Origin: Trichlorobacter sp.
Lineage (GTDB): Bacteria > Desulfobacterota > Desulfuromonadia > Geobacterales > Pseudopelobacteraceae
Direction: 5' to 3'
Length of the DNA: 64,000 nucleotides
Assembly (NCBI GenBank): GCA_034007105.1
Contig: JAVERM010000001.1
Location: forward strand, 8,434-72,433
The first letter of the stretch is position 1; each line of letters opens with the position of its first letter. Position numbers and translations under genes: made by a program. This document shows positions 52,267 through 62,101 of the stretch, piece after piece. The notes beneath the pieces are model-generated. The model worked only from the letters and a program-made list of their open reading frames with translations. It was not told the origin of the DNA and did not search any database.

Positions 52267-55200
52267 ATGGCTAAACCACAACTTACCAAACTTTCTGTAA
52301 GCAATCTTTTACGGGAGTACAGGGAGAACCAGACCTGGTTATCCGAGCAGATGTCTCCCTATTTTTTTCAGGCAATGGCTGACGAGCAGGATGCAATGGC
52401 GATTTTGGTTCGCGAGCTTGGCTCTTTGCGTAAAAACCACCGTCTTATCCTGTCTGACAGACCAAACCGGCAGATACTGGCATGTGTTGATCAGGCAGGT
52501 TCTTTATATGAATCAATGTGCAGAATGCCTTTGCAGGACCTTTCCTACGCCATGTTTTCCCACTCGGCTGGCCCAATGCCAGGCATGAATGAGGGGCTGG
52601 AAGTACAGCGTTTTGATTTTGACCGCAAACCTGACAGCATTGCCGCAGACCTGGATAATGTGGAACTACCTGCCTCGCTTTTGCGCAGGTCACTTAAAGA
52701 AAGAGCTGAAATTGACCCTGGTTTTGACCGTAACAGGATGATTAAAAAGCTGAAACTGCTTTGGCTTAACAATCCTGAATATATCCAGATATCTTCTTCA
52801 AACCGGATTGCCTGGCTCTGCTGGCTCCTTGAAAACAGTATTGATAACGGTGATCTATACGTAGACCTGCGCACCACAACCAACTGTGAGCCGGATGAAG
52901 TACGGCTTTTGTTTGCAGTGGGCAACCCACCACAGGATGACTTTTTACTACAGGTTATGGATTTGCTGAACAGAATGGAAATCGACATCATGCGTTCCCA
53001 TTTTCTGAACATCACTAACGGCGTACATCCATACTTCCTTGGTACTTTCATTTTGCGCCACCGCAAGGGTGAATCAATGCTGCCTGGCACCCCTTTTGCC
53101 AGGAGGCTAAAGCGTGAACTTGCCAACACCCAGATTCTGGATAACCATAGCTACGCTTACCGCGAGTGGGTTACCAACAACATCATGTCTGGCAACAATG
53201 CTTCACTTGCCAATGCTTTTATGGCCTTTTGCCACACCACCCTGGCACACAGCCAACCCGATGTTTTTGACCTGGAAGAAGTACAAAACGCCTTCCATGC
53301 CCATCCGGAAATCACCTTGCAACTGGTACGTCTGTTTAAAATGCGCTTTGATCCAAAACTGGCTGCACAGGTGGAAAACTGGCAAAAGCTTTATAACGAA
53401 GCCGAAGAAATGGTTGCTGATTACAACACTGGTCATGGCAGGCTGGATGAATTGCGTCGCACCGTCTACCACTGCTGTCTGCTGATGATCCGCTACACTT
53501 TAAAAACCAACTTTTTTGTATCAGAAAAACAGGCATTGGCTTTCAGACTTGATCCGGCATACCTGCGTGATCTGGGGCGTGACTTTACAGCAGACCTGCC
53601 TGCCGGACAGCAGCCATTCAGAATCACATTCTTTTACAGCCGCTTTGGTCATGGCTACCACATCGGCTTTGGAGATATAGCACGCGGCGGCTGGCGTACA
53701 GTAATAGCCCGCAGCACTGATGATGCTGCCACCATTGCCACCAACCTCTTTAAGGAAGCTTACGTACTGGCATCCACCCAACACCTTAAAAACAAGGATA
53801 TTTACGAAGGTGGCTCCAAAATGGTGCTGATGCTTGATGCCTCGGATCTTTGCGGCATTGTGGGCAGCAAGCCGGAAACATGCCGTCTTTACAAACTGCA
53901 ACATGCTGTTGCCAACGCTTTTTTTGATCTTTTTGTCACAAAAAACGGCAAAGCTGCTGATCCACGCATTGTTGATTACTATGGTGACGATGAAGCCATT
54001 GAGCTTGGCCCTGATGAAAACATGCACGACAGCATGATTGAAACCATTGCGGCGTTATCTGTGCACCGTGGCTATATGCTGGGCATAGGCGTAATCTCAA
54101 GTAAAGAGTTTGGTATCAACCATAAACATTATGCTGTTACCTCCACAGGTGTGCTAAGCTTTACTGCAATATCAATGCAGGAAACCGGCATTGATATTTA
54201 TAAAGACCCGTTTACTGTTAAAATGACCGGCGGACCAGGCGGTGATGTGGCTGGTAACTGTCTGAATCTGCTGCTTGAAAGTTGTCCTGATTCCAAAATA
54301 CTGATGATTTTGGACGGTACAGCAGCAGCCTATGATCCAAACGGTCTTAACAAAGATGAACTGCGCAGAATAGTACTAAAACATGATCTGGATGCCTTTA
54401 ACCCCGAACAACTGGGCACAGGCGGCATGTTGCTGCTTAGAACCGGCAAGCGGATGGAGGAACTAAACGAACTTTACCGCCGCTTCAGTCGTAATGAAAA
54501 CAATACGCTGACAGACGAATGGGTTCATCTTGATGATTTTTACCGCGAATACTCTTCACTGGCGTTTACTGTCCAGGCAGACCTGTTTATACCTGGCGGC
54601 GGTCGTCCGGAAACCATTAATGATAAAAACTGGCGCAAGTTTATGCTGCCTGATGGTCAGCCTTCATCAAAAGTAATTATTGAAGGTGCAAACTCTTTCA
54701 TTACACCTGATGCCCGTACAGAGTTGCAGCGAAATGGCGTACTGCTGATGCGTGACGCATCGGCAAACAAGTGTGGCGTTATTTCATCTTCCTACGAAAT
54801 CATCGCCAACCTGCTTTTGTCAGAACAGGAATTTTCACAATATAAAGAACGCTATGTTACAGATGTACTTACGATTTTACAAAAGCGGGCAACCGATGAA
54901 GCAAGCCTTATCCTGCGTCTTTACAAAGAAAACGGCGGTGCGCTTTTCTACACCGAAATTTCAGATCAGATAAGCCATAACATAAATAATTTCTATAACC
55001 GCCTTTTCCGGTTTTTCATTGAGCGTCCGGAACTAAGCCTTAAACCACCATTTAAAAAAGCTCTTTTACGTCACCTGCCGGCACTGTTGAGAGAAAAAAC
55101 CTCTTTCCGGCAACGTGTGGATAAACTGCCGGTAAAATACCGTGCTGCCATGCTGGCAGCCGAAGTTGGTGCATCACTGGTATACAGCAGCAGCGCAGAT

Positions 55201-55272
55201 CTTGACTTTGAGGATATGGTACGCTGCCACCTGGTAAGGGCTGAACAGGAAAACTGCAAGACCAAAAACTGA
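52267..55272 (+). CDS. Large NAD-dependent glutamate dehydrogenase-like protein (~1000 aa)
   Basis: DIARGGWR, KNKDIYEGGSK, LGPDEN, TGGPGGDVAGN, PGGGRPETI, EGAN, ANKCGVISSSYE. Confidence 0.88.
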   Translation: MAKPQLTKLSVSNLLREYRENQTWLSEQMSPYFFQAMADEQDAMAILVRELGSLRKNHRLILSDRPNRQILACVDQAGSLYESMCRMPLQDLSYAMFSHSAGPMPGMNEGLEVQRFDFDRKPDSIAADLDNVELPASLLRRSLKERAEIDPGFDRNRMIKKLKLLWLNNPEYIQISSSNRIAWLCWLLENSIDNGDLYVDLRTTTNCEPDEVRLLFAVGNPPQDDFLLQVMDLLNRMEIDIMRSHFLNITNGVHPYFLGTFILRHRKGESMLPGTPFARRLKRELANTQILDNHSYAYREWVTNNIMSGNNASLANAFMAFCHTTLAHSQPDVFDLEEVQNAFHAHPEITLQLVRLFKMRFDPKLAAQVENWQKLYNEAEEMVADYNTGHGRLDELRRTVYHCCLLMIRYTLKTNFFVSEKQALAFRLDPAYLRDLGRDFTADLPAGQQPFRITFFYSRFGHGYHIGFGDIARGGWRTVIARSTDDAATIATNLFKEAYVLASTQHLKNKDIYEGGSKMVLMLDASDLCGIVGSKPETCRLYKLQHAVANAFFDLFVTKNGKAADPRIVDYYGDDEAIELGPDENMHDSMIETIAALSVHRGYMLGIGVISSKEFGINHKHYAVTSTGVLSFTAISMQETGIDIYKDPFTVKMTGGPGGDVAGNCLNLLLESCPDSKILMILDGTAAAYDPNGLNKDELRRIVLKHDLDAFNPEQLGTGGMLLLRTGKRMEELNELYRRFSRNENNTLTDEWVHLDDFYREYSSLAFTVQADLFIPGGGRPETINDKNWRKFMLPDGQPSSKVIIEGANSFITPDARTELQRNGVLLMRDASANKCGVISSSYEIIANLLLSEQEFSQYKERYVTDVLTILQKRATDEASLILRLYKENGGALFYTEISDQISHNINNFYNRLFRFFIERPELSLKPPFKKALLRHLPALLREKTSFRQRVDKLPVKYRAAMLAAEVGASLVYSSSADLDFEDMVRCHLVRAEQENCKTKN

Positions 55273-55393
55273 CCCAAGATGAACAGGCAAACTGCCGGAA
55301 AGCATTGCCACTAACCACAATTATATGCTATTTAAGCTTTCATCCTGACACTAAGATGAAACGGATATTACACAAAAAAAGGAGCTTTTCACC

Positions 55394-55642
55394 ATGGCAC
55401 GTAAAGAAGACAATACTGCTACCACCGCTGTTTTAGCCCTCACCGCAGGTGCTTTTTTTGGTGCCGTTGTTGCACTGCTTTTAACCCCGACATCTGGCAG
55501 AGAAAACCGCAGAAAATTGGGAGATATGCAGGAAGTGGCAAAGAACAAGGCTCGCCATTATGCAAATGAAGCCCGCTTCCGTACATCAGGTGGCAAGAAA
55601 ACCGAAGACCTGCACTATGACGGCGGCGATGCCTGGATCTAG
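55394..55642 (+). CDS. YtxH-domain protein
   Basis: GAFFGAVVALLLTPTSGRENRRKL; AGGAG RBS. Confidence 0.85.
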   Translation: MARKEDNTATTAVLALTAGAFFGAVVALLLTPTSGRENRRKLGDMQEVAKNKARHYANEARFRTSGGKKTEDLHYDGGDAWI

Positions 55643-55682
55643 GAGTCTGATTAAAAGCATCACAAACCTGCCCGCACTTTAC

Positions 55683-55721
55683 AGCCTGACCAATGTACAA
55701 AACATCTGGTCAGGCTTTTTT
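55683..55721 (+). terminator. Intrinsic terminator
   Basis: AGCCTGACCA...TGGTCAGGCT followed by T-run. Confidence 0.75.
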
Positions 55722-55842
55722 GTTTTGCCTCACTGCTGCATCCACTAACCAAACAAACAGCCACCCTTTTACAAAACTATTACAAACCAAAACTGCCAAT
55801 GTTGTTATGCTGTCCGGATAAAAAAACAAGGTGGTTCAAACC

Positions 55843-56892
55843 ATGTTACAAATCGGCAAATATAAAGTTAAATATCCTCTTATTCAGGGTGGTATGGGTG
55901 TACGTATTTCTGGCGGTAACCTGGCTGGCCATGTGGCAAAATGTGGTGGTGTTGGTCTGGTGGCTGCTGCCGGCATTGCCGTAAACAGTGACTTTTATAA
56001 TGGTAAAAATTATTTTCAGGCTGAAACAGATGCCTTTAAGGAAGAACTGCGCAAAGCCTACCAAATTGCTCCTGACGGCATTATTGGTGTCAATGTTATG
56101 GTTGCACTTTCAGACTTTGAAGCCCTGGTAAAGGCTGCAATTGATGGCGGTGCCAAGGTGCTGGTCTGCGGTGCCGGTCTGCCACTGTCATTACCTGAGC
56201 TTACAGCCCATGCGCCTGATGTAGCCCTGATTCCCATTGCTTCTTCACTGCGGGCAGCCCAACTTATCACCCGCACCTGGGACAAACGTTACCAGCGTCT
56301 GCCGGATGCCATTGTCATTGAAGACCCCGACACCGCAGGCGGACACCTTGGCGAAAAGATGGAAAACATCGGCACCGGTAATTATGACCAGTACGCAACC
56401 ATTCGTGCTGTCAAACAGTTTTTTAAAGATGACTACAAGGCTGACATTCCGGTAATCGCAGCAGGCGGCATATGGGATCGTCAGGACCTTGAATATGCCT
56501 TGTCAAACGGTGCAGATGCAGTACAAATGGCATCAAGATTTGTGGCAACTGAAGAATGTGATGCTGACCCTGCCTTTAAGCAGGCTTACCTTGATTGCAA
56601 AAAAGAAGATATAGGGCTGTTGATGTCACCAGCAGGGCTACCAGGACGCGCTCTGATTAGTAATGTAGATAATATTTTACAGTTTGACAGGCGCAACAGA
56701 ACAAAGTGCAGCATGAACTGCCTTAAAAAATGTACTTACAAAGAAAATGGAGAACGTTTTTGTATTGTTACTGCTCTGGACAGAGCACAGCGGGGAAATA
56801 TTGAAACAGGTCTTGTGTTCTGCGGAAGCAATGCCTGGAAAGCAGAACGGATTAGCACAGTGCAGGAAATATTTGACGAGCTTTTTAACTAG
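55843..56892 (+). CDS. Nitronate monooxygenase / FabK-like flavin oxidoreductase
   Basis: PLIQGGMGVRIS, GAGLP, AGGHLG, IAAGGI, FVATEECDA, SPAGLPGRA. Confidence 0.88.
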   Translation: MLQIGKYKVKYPLIQGGMGVRISGGNLAGHVAKCGGVGLVAAAGIAVNSDFYNGKNYFQAETDAFKEELRKAYQIAPDGIIGVNVMVALSDFEALVKAAIDGGAKVLVCGAGLPLSLPELTAHAPDVALIPIASSLRAAQLITRTWDKRYQRLPDAIVIEDPDTAGGHLGEKMENIGTGNYDQYATIRAVKQFFKDDYKADIPVIAAGGIWDRQDLEYALSNGADAVQMASRFVATEECDADPAFKQAYLDCKKEDIGLLMSPAGLPGRALISNVDNILQFDRRNRTKCSMNCLKKCTYKENGERFCIVTALDRAQRGNIETGLVFCGSNAWKAERISTVQEIFDELFN

Positions 56893-56967
56893 TTTCCGTC
56901 CGGAAAAGGTTCTTTTTCCAATCAGGAAACTGTTTTGAGATGAGGCTTGTTTCCGGATGCTAACTAG

Positions 56968-58047
56968 CTAAGAACGGTTAACAACATTATACAAAGTATC
57001 CCTTTCCACCGGCTTTTTGCCTGCCTTGCAGATCAGGTCGGTGATACGTTCACGGCTTAAACTTTGTGGCGATAATGCTCCGGCATCGTGTCCGATTTTT
57101 TCCTCCACCACAGTACCGTCCAGATCATCCACACCAAAAGCCAAGGCAACCTGGGCTATTTTCTCGCCAAGCATCACCCAGTAGGCTTTAAGATGCTGAA
57201 TGTTATCCAGAAACAGGCGTGCAATAGCCAGGGTTTTCAGATCATCAAGCCCGCAAGTTCCCTTTGTATCCAGCTTTAATGGCGAGTTTTCAGGCTGCCA
57301 TGCCAGCGGGATAAAAACCTGAAATCCACCGGTTTCATCCTGTAGCTCACGTATAAGCTGCATATGGCGCACCCGATCTGCATAACTTTCCAGATGACCA
57401 TAAAGCATGGTACTGTTGGTTTTAAGCCCGCTTTGGTGGGCAATACGATGAATATCAAGCCATTGCTTGCCACTGATTTTTTCAGGACAGATCTGTTGCC
57501 GCACATCCTCAACCAGTATTTCTGCACCTCCACCAGGCATTGAACCCAGCCCGGCTTCCATCAGTTGCTGTAAAACAGCCTGCACTGTTAGCCCACTTAT
57601 ACGGGCAAACCAATCAATTTCCACAGCTGTAAACGCCTTGATGTGCAAATCCGGTGCTGCCTTGGTAATGGCACGTAGTAGATCAAGATAAAAATCAAAA
57701 GAAAGATCAGGGTGCAGGCCACCCACCAGGTGGACTTCAGTTGCGCCCTGTTTTGCGGCAGCCACAGCTCGCCGCACCATTTCTTCTTCTTTAAAGGTGT
57801 AAGCATCGCCAGCTTCTGGTCTGCGGGAAAAAGCGCAAAAAGTACAATTATTTACGCAGATATTAGTGGGATTGATATGGCGGTTGATATTGTAGTAAAC
57901 CAGATCTCCGTTTAAACGCTGGTTAACCAGTGCTGCAAGCTTGCCAATAGCCAGAAGATCGTTGGAGTTGTAGAGAGCCATGGCATCATCAAAATCAAGC
58001 CGCTCTCCAGCGTGTATTTTTTCACTTATTATGTTAAAAGTTGTCAT
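56968..58047 (-). CDS. mqnE: Aminofutalosine synthase (radical SAM)
   Basis: NRHINPTNICVNNCTFCAF, EVHLVGGLHP, PGGGAEI, HLKAYWVM, DGTVVEEKIGH. Confidence 0.9.
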   Translation of the reverse strand: MTTFNIISEKIHAGERLDFDDAMALYNSNDLLAIGKLAALVNQRLNGDLVYYNINRHINPTNICVNNCTFCAFSRRPEAGDAYTFKEEEMVRRAVAAAKQGATEVHLVGGLHPDLSFDFYLDLLRAITKAAPDLHIKAFTAVEIDWFARISGLTVQAVLQQLMEAGLGSMPGGGAEILVEDVRQQICPEKISGKQWLDIHRIAHQSGLKTNSTMLYGHLESYADRVRHMQLIRELQDETGGFQVFIPLAWQPENSPLKLDTKGTCGLDDLKTLAIARLFLDNIQHLKAYWVMLGEKIAQVALAFGVDDLDGTVVEEKIGHDAGALSPQSLSRERITDLICKAGKKPVERDTLYNVVNRS

Positions 58048-58121
58048 GGCTTAAAGAATACGCCAACAGTAACCACCTCGCAAGTAAAGATACACACCAA
58101 AAAAAACAAGGAGGCTTAAAA

Positions 58122-58520
58122 ATGACACCGGAAATAGAAAAATTTTTAAAGGCAGATGCTTTTGGCGTGGTAGGTGCATCGGAAGATCGCAGTAAATATG
58201 GTAACAAAGTATTGCGCTGCTACCTGCAACACAAAAAGCTTGTCTTTCCTGTTAATCCAAAGACAACAAAGATTGAGGGGATTGATTGCGTTCCCTCTGT
58301 TGCAGAGCTGCCAGAAATTGTGACCAGTATTTCAGTCATTACTCCACCTGCTGTAACTGAAAAAGTGGTGGAGGCAGCCATTGCCAAAGGTATTAAAAAT
58401 ATCTGGATGCAACCAGGTGCTGAAAGCCAGCAAGCCGTTGACCGCTGCCGCGCAGCAGGCATAAATGTAATTGCTGACCATAGCTGCCTGCTGGTGGTAC
58501 TTGGTTATTCTGATCACTGA
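58122..58520 (+). CDS. CoA-binding protein (YccU-like)
   Basis: VVGAS, VFPVNP, IWMQPGAE; AGGAGG RBS before MTPE. Confidence 0.9.
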   Translation: MTPEIEKFLKADAFGVVGASEDRSKYGNKVLRCYLQHKKLVFPVNPKTTKIEGIDCVPSVAELPEIVTSISVITPPAVTEKVVEAAIAKGIKNIWMQPGAESQQAVDRCRAAGINVIADHSCLLVVLGYSDH

Positions 58521-58536
58521 TTTTGCCGGAGTTAAT

Positions 58537-58935
58537 ATGAAAACACTGATTAGCGAATTAAAACAGGAGCATAACAGCCTGCGTGAACAGGTTGCACTAA
58601 TCAAAAAACAGGGGATTGTATCAGCAGAAGGCTTTAACAGCCTGCAACATTTGCGTGAGTTATTGCAAGCCCATATTCTGCGTGAAGAAATTGATCTTTA
58701 CCCACAACTGGAGCTTGCTGCAAAAAATGATGATGACTTACGCATCATGCTTGATCGTTTTCAGGGGGAAATGCAGGAAATAACCTCTACCGCAGACCAG
58801 TTTTTTCAACGCTACAACAGCCGGACTCAATCGCTTGATTTTGCTCGGGATGTGGCACGGCTATTCTCCATACTCACTAACAGGATGGTAACCGAGGAAA
58901 CGGTACTCTACCCCAGAATGGAGCAACTGGTTTAA
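58537..58935 (+). CDS. Hemerythrin-like domain protein
   Basis: LKQEH, HILREEIDLYP, EETVLYP. Confidence 0.75.
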   Translation: MKTLISELKQEHNSLREQVALIKKQGIVSAEGFNSLQHLRELLQAHILREEIDLYPQLELAAKNDDDLRIMLDRFQGEMQEITSTADQFFQRYNSRTQSLDFARDVARLFSILTNRMVTEETVLYPRMEQLV

Positions 58936-58965
58936 CGGAAAGTCCAACAGGAAGTTTTGCAGCAC

Positions 58966-59002
58966 AAAGCGGGTGCATGAAGTTAATCACACACCCGCTT
59001 TT
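58966..59002. terminator. Bidirectional terminator
   Basis: AAAGCGGGTG...CACCCGCTTTT between convergent genes. Confidence 0.75.
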
Positions 59003-59032
59003 GTTTTGGCAGATATTTAAAAATATGGATAT

Positions 59033-59815
59033 TTACTTGGTATAGCCCAGCTTTGCGGAAATTTCTTCTGCGGCCTTCATAACCAGTGGCACAAGCTCTT
59101 CTTTAATACGCTGTGCACTAAAGCGCATTGATGGACCGGATATACTTACCGCACCGATAATCCTGCGTGTATAGTCTCTTATTGGCGCACTGACGCACTT
59201 TACACCCTCATCAAGCTCTTCATCATCAATTGCATAGCCTTCTTCTGCCACCTGGCGAAGATGTTTTTTCAATTCTTCAGCAGTTGTAATTGTATTTGGG
59301 GTATAGTTATGCAAACTGTTTTCTGCCAGGTTCTGCTCCAGTTCTTCATCGCTCATGTAAGCGATCTGAACTTTACCCGCCGCTGTACAGTAGGCTGGCA
59401 GCCGTGAACCAACCCTTGGCACCACCCGTACAGTCATGGTTGTCTCAACAGCATCAAGATAGATAATATGGAAATCCTTTAAAACCGAAACATAGATGGT
59501 TTCATTGCACTCGCTTGCCATGGATTCCAGTATTGGCTTGGACTGACGCAAAAGCCCCATCTGCTTGATGAAAGTCTGCCCCAGCTCAAGGGTTTTAAGA
59601 CCAAGCCGATAGTTTTCGGTCACACGATTTTGCTCAATATAGCCGCGCGACTCCAAAGTAGCCAGTAACCTGAATACGTTATTTTTATGTAACTTCAGCC
59701 TTTTTGACAACTCGGTAACCCCAAGCTCGTCAACATCGTCATGAAACTGCTCCAAAAGATCAAGAGCATGGGAGACCGCCTGAATGAGATATTCTGATTT
59801 TTCCTTACGTGCCAT
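59033..59815 (-). CDS. IclR-family transcriptional regulator
   Basis: N-terminal wHTH, VGSRLPAYCTAAGK, GYAIDDEE, CVSAPI. Confidence 0.94.
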   Translation of the reverse strand: MARKEKSEYLIQAVSHALDLLEQFHDDVDELGVTELSKRLKLHKNNVFRLLATLESRGYIEQNRVTENYRLGLKTLELGQTFIKQMGLLRQSKPILESMASECNETIYVSVLKDFHIIYLDAVETTMTVRVVPRVGSRLPAYCTAAGKVQIAYMSDEELEQNLAENSLHNYTPNTITTAEELKKHLRQVAEEGYAIDDEELDEGVKCVSAPIRDYTRRIIGAVSISGPSMRFSAQRIKEELVPLVMKAAEEISAKLGYTK

Positions 59816-59881
59816 GCACAGCACCTCAACTTCCTGTTAAAATGAATGCTAAAAGTATAGTTAATATAAAGGTTTCCAGCA

Positions 59882-59910
59882 AATATAGAAACTTGTTTTA
59901 TAATTGTCAA
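59882..59910 (-). promoter_or_regulatory. Sigma70 promoter for the IclR gene
   Basis: Minus strand TTGACA-17 nt-TATATT. Confidence 0.65.
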
Positions 59911-59988
59911 GCCTGAATAGTTGCGTTATATTGCCTTGGTCTGCATTTTTTTCAAACCATAATTATCTGAAAATAAAACAGCTCGAAG

Positions 59989-60450
59989 GTGCATATGCTT
60001 AACCTTAGAAAAAAAATTTTAGTGGCCATAGATGGCTCACCATATTCTGATAAGGCAGCCGAGGAAGCGGTGCGCATCGCTGCCGGTAATCGCAGTCAGT
60101 TTAAAAGTAAAATTTTTGCATTACTGGTTGTTCCAAATGCCGAAAGCTCATCTTATTCTGATTTTGTGCCGGTAAAACCCCTTACTGAAACTGAGCAGTG
60201 GGAAGAAATGCGTAGACGGATTTTTTACATAATTGAAAAAAGTGCTGCCGAGTACGATATACCGCTTGAAATGATCGTAGAAGCAGGAGAACCGGCTGAA
60301 ACAATGGTAGAATTTGCCAAAGATGAAAGTATTGATCTTATTGTAATCGGCAGTTCAAGCAAAGGCTTTATTGAAAGCAGACTAAAAGGTAGTGTGTCGC
60401 GACGAGTCGCCGAGGCTGCCCATTGCTCTGTCTATCTGGTAAGGGCATGA
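59989..60450 (+). CDS. Universal stress protein
   Basis: ILVAIDGSPYS, DLIVIGS, GSVSRRVAEAAHCSV. Confidence 0.9.
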   Translation: MHMLNLRKKILVAIDGSPYSDKAAEEAVRIAAGNRSQFKSKIFALLVVPNAESSSYSDFVPVKPLTETEQWEEMRRRIFYIIEKSAAEYDIPLEMIVEAGEPAETMVEFAKDESIDLIVIGSSSKGFIESRLKGSVSRRVAEAAHCSVYLVRA

Positions 60451-60460
60451 ACACAGCCTC

Positions 60461-60503
60461 AAAAAAACGGGGTGCAGCCTTAAACAGCCAACACCCCGTT
60501 TTT
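60461..60503. terminator. Bidirectional terminator
   Basis: AAAAACGGGGTG...CACCCCGTTTTT between convergent genes. Confidence 0.75.
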
Positions 60504-60526
60504 GTACAAGAGCCATAAAAGCCTAA

Positions 60527-60958
60527 TTACTTGACAATTTTAATGCCAGACACAAACAAGATGCTCTCAAATGTACGGTTTAAGGTTTTGCTGCTAAAAT
60601 CAGCCATTGCCGGCACATCAGCAGGGTACTCAATGGTTGCACCATTTTCCACCTTGGTTGTGGGCAGTGCCATCCATACATTTTTACCATCTTCACCCTT
60701 GGCTTCAATGTAAGTATATACATCAGCATCAATGGACTGCAAAACAGTTGCCTTCTTGGTCGGCACACCATCAGGTATTTCCGTTGATTGCATACCAGCA
60801 TGGGGATCAACACCAGGCGCGCCTGGCATGGCAGAACCAACCGGCGGATGCCCTTCAGGCATGGCAGCATTGGTAGGGGCTTCAGTTTTAGGTTTATCCT
60901 GGCAACCGGCCAGGGCGAGTGCGGCTGTCATCAACAAGGCTACAACGACTGTTCTCAC
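60527..60958 (-). CDS. Lipoprotein with MPxGHP linker and small beta domain
   Basis: Lipobox LAGC, MPEGHPPV/DPHAGM, YTYIE..W.A..FSSKTLNRTFESILF; AGGAGG RBS, GTG start. Confidence 0.8.
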   Translation of the reverse strand: MRTVVVALLMTAALALAGCQDKPKTEAPTNAAMPEGHPPVGSAMPGAPGVDPHAGMQSTEIPDGVPTKKATVLQSIDADVYTYIEAKGEDGKNVWMALPTTKVENGATIEYPADVPAMADFSSKTLNRTFESILFVSGIKIVK

Positions 60959-61191
60959 ATCTTCCTCCTAAAAAATATTATATTTTATCGGGCAGGACAT
61001 AAACAATGCCAATCCGAATAAAAATATCAAAAACCAGAATATTATAGCACAACTTTTAAATAAAGTATAAAAAACGGCATCAATTTTAATTTCAAGAATC
61101 ACAACCTGCAAAAATCCATATTAAAATTATCATTCATACTAAACACTTGAATAACATCAACATTTAGTGTATTTAAATGAATTGCTTTTTT

Positions 61192-61278
61192 GCGGGTATG
61201 GTGGAAATGGTAGACACAAGGGACTTAAAATCCCTCGGCAGAAATGCTGTACCGGTTCGATTCCGGTTACCCGCACCA
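61192..61278 (+). tRNA. tRNA-Leu(TAA)
   Basis: GCGGGTATGGTGGAAATGGTAGACAC-AGGGA-CTTAAAA-TCCCT-long variable arm-CCGGTTCGATTCCGG-TACCCGCACCA, 87 nt. Confidence 0.97.
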
Positions 61279-61309
61279 ACAAATGTATCGTCCAGTAACA
61301 ACTGGATTC

Positions 61310-61335
61310 AAAAGCCCTGTTTTAACAGGGCTTTT
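61310..61335. terminator. Bidirectional terminator after tRNA-Leu
   Basis: AAAAGCCCTGTT-TT-AACAGGGCTTTT; contains the TAA stop of the convergent selenoprotein gene. Confidence 0.85.
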
Positions 61336-61573
61336 TCTTTTTAAACGATTCCACCACCTGGTGAACATCAGCTATACATCAGTTGCCCGTAGGATGCTTT
61401 AGTGCGCAATCACATTTTCCTGCCTTTTTCTCAAAAACTATTTTTTCGTAGATGATAGACCTGCCATTTTTATTGAAATCACTCTCAATATCTTTTTTTG
61501 TATACCCAAAGCAGTAACAAACAAGATCTTCATCTTTAAATTCTTTATTTTGTATTGTCATGTCTGGTTTCAT
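61322..61573 (-). CDS. Small BFD-like/CopZ-N-like [2Fe-2S] protein, probable selenoprotein (TGA at 61381-61379 = Sec)
   Basis: VCYCFGYT...CDCALKHPTGN-TGA-CIADVHQVVESFKKKKPC-TAA; read-through completes the xPxGxCC motif as UC; start may be 61561. Confidence 0.8.
61344..61373 (-). promoter_or_regulatory. Putative bacterial SECIS element
   Basis: GATGTTCACC-AGGT-GGTGGAATC hairpin; apical loop starts 19 nt after the TGA and has G in its first two positions. Confidence 0.72.
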
Positions 61574-62019
61574 TTTTGTTGGACAAAAGCCTCATTTAAA
61601 TGCAGCAGCGGAAATGGCAACCCCTGAGAATCAGTTGGTGAGCGACCAGCAACTACAAACCCATTGGATAAGTAAAATGCTACTGCGCTTGGATTTTGCT
61701 CATTTACATCCACCTGTAGTTCGCCTTTTAATTTTCTTGCATACTCAAGCATGAGCTTCCCGCCACCCCGCCGGAAGCTGGTTGGAGAAATGAATAATGC
61801 TTCAAGCTTGTTGTTGTCCAGCCCCATAAAACCAATAGGCGCTGATGACTCATCACACAATACCCACACTTCCAGTCCTGGCAAGGCTTGATCGCGCACC
61901 ATGGGAATGAGCAACTGGATATCCTGCTCTGACAGAAAGTCATGTGATGCACGTACTGATTGCTCCCAGATGGCGAGGAGAGTTTGATGATCTTCCAGTT
62001 GTGCTTTTCGGATCTTCAT
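61570..62019 (-). CDS. GNAT acetyltransferase (YjaB-like), third integron cassette
   Basis: IWEQSVRASHDFL, LEALFI..RRGGGK, VDVNEQN..AVAFY..GF; start MKIRK at 62019, track extension is translated attC. Confidence 0.9.
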   Translation of the reverse strand: MKIRKAQLEDHQTLLAIWEQSVRASHDFLSEQDIQLLIPMVRDQALPGLEVWVLCDESSAPIGFMGLDNNKLEALFISPTSFRRGGGKLMLEYARKLKGELQVDVNEQNPSAVAFYLSNGFVVAGRSPTDSQGLPFPLLHLNEAFVQQK

Positions 62020-62042
62020 ATACCAATGCCCTTTGATGTGCG

Positions 62043-62101
62043 GTTTAACGTTAGAATTCAGCGGACGGCGAAGCGGCGTCGGCTTGAATGAATTGTTAGG
62101 C
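62043..62101 (-). mobile_element. attC site (59 bp)
   Basis: Minus strand GCCTAAC-AATTCATTCAAGCCGACGCCGCTTCGCCGTCCGCTGAATTCTAAC-GTTAAAC: RYYYAAC...GTTRRRY with internal dyad. Confidence 0.92.
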
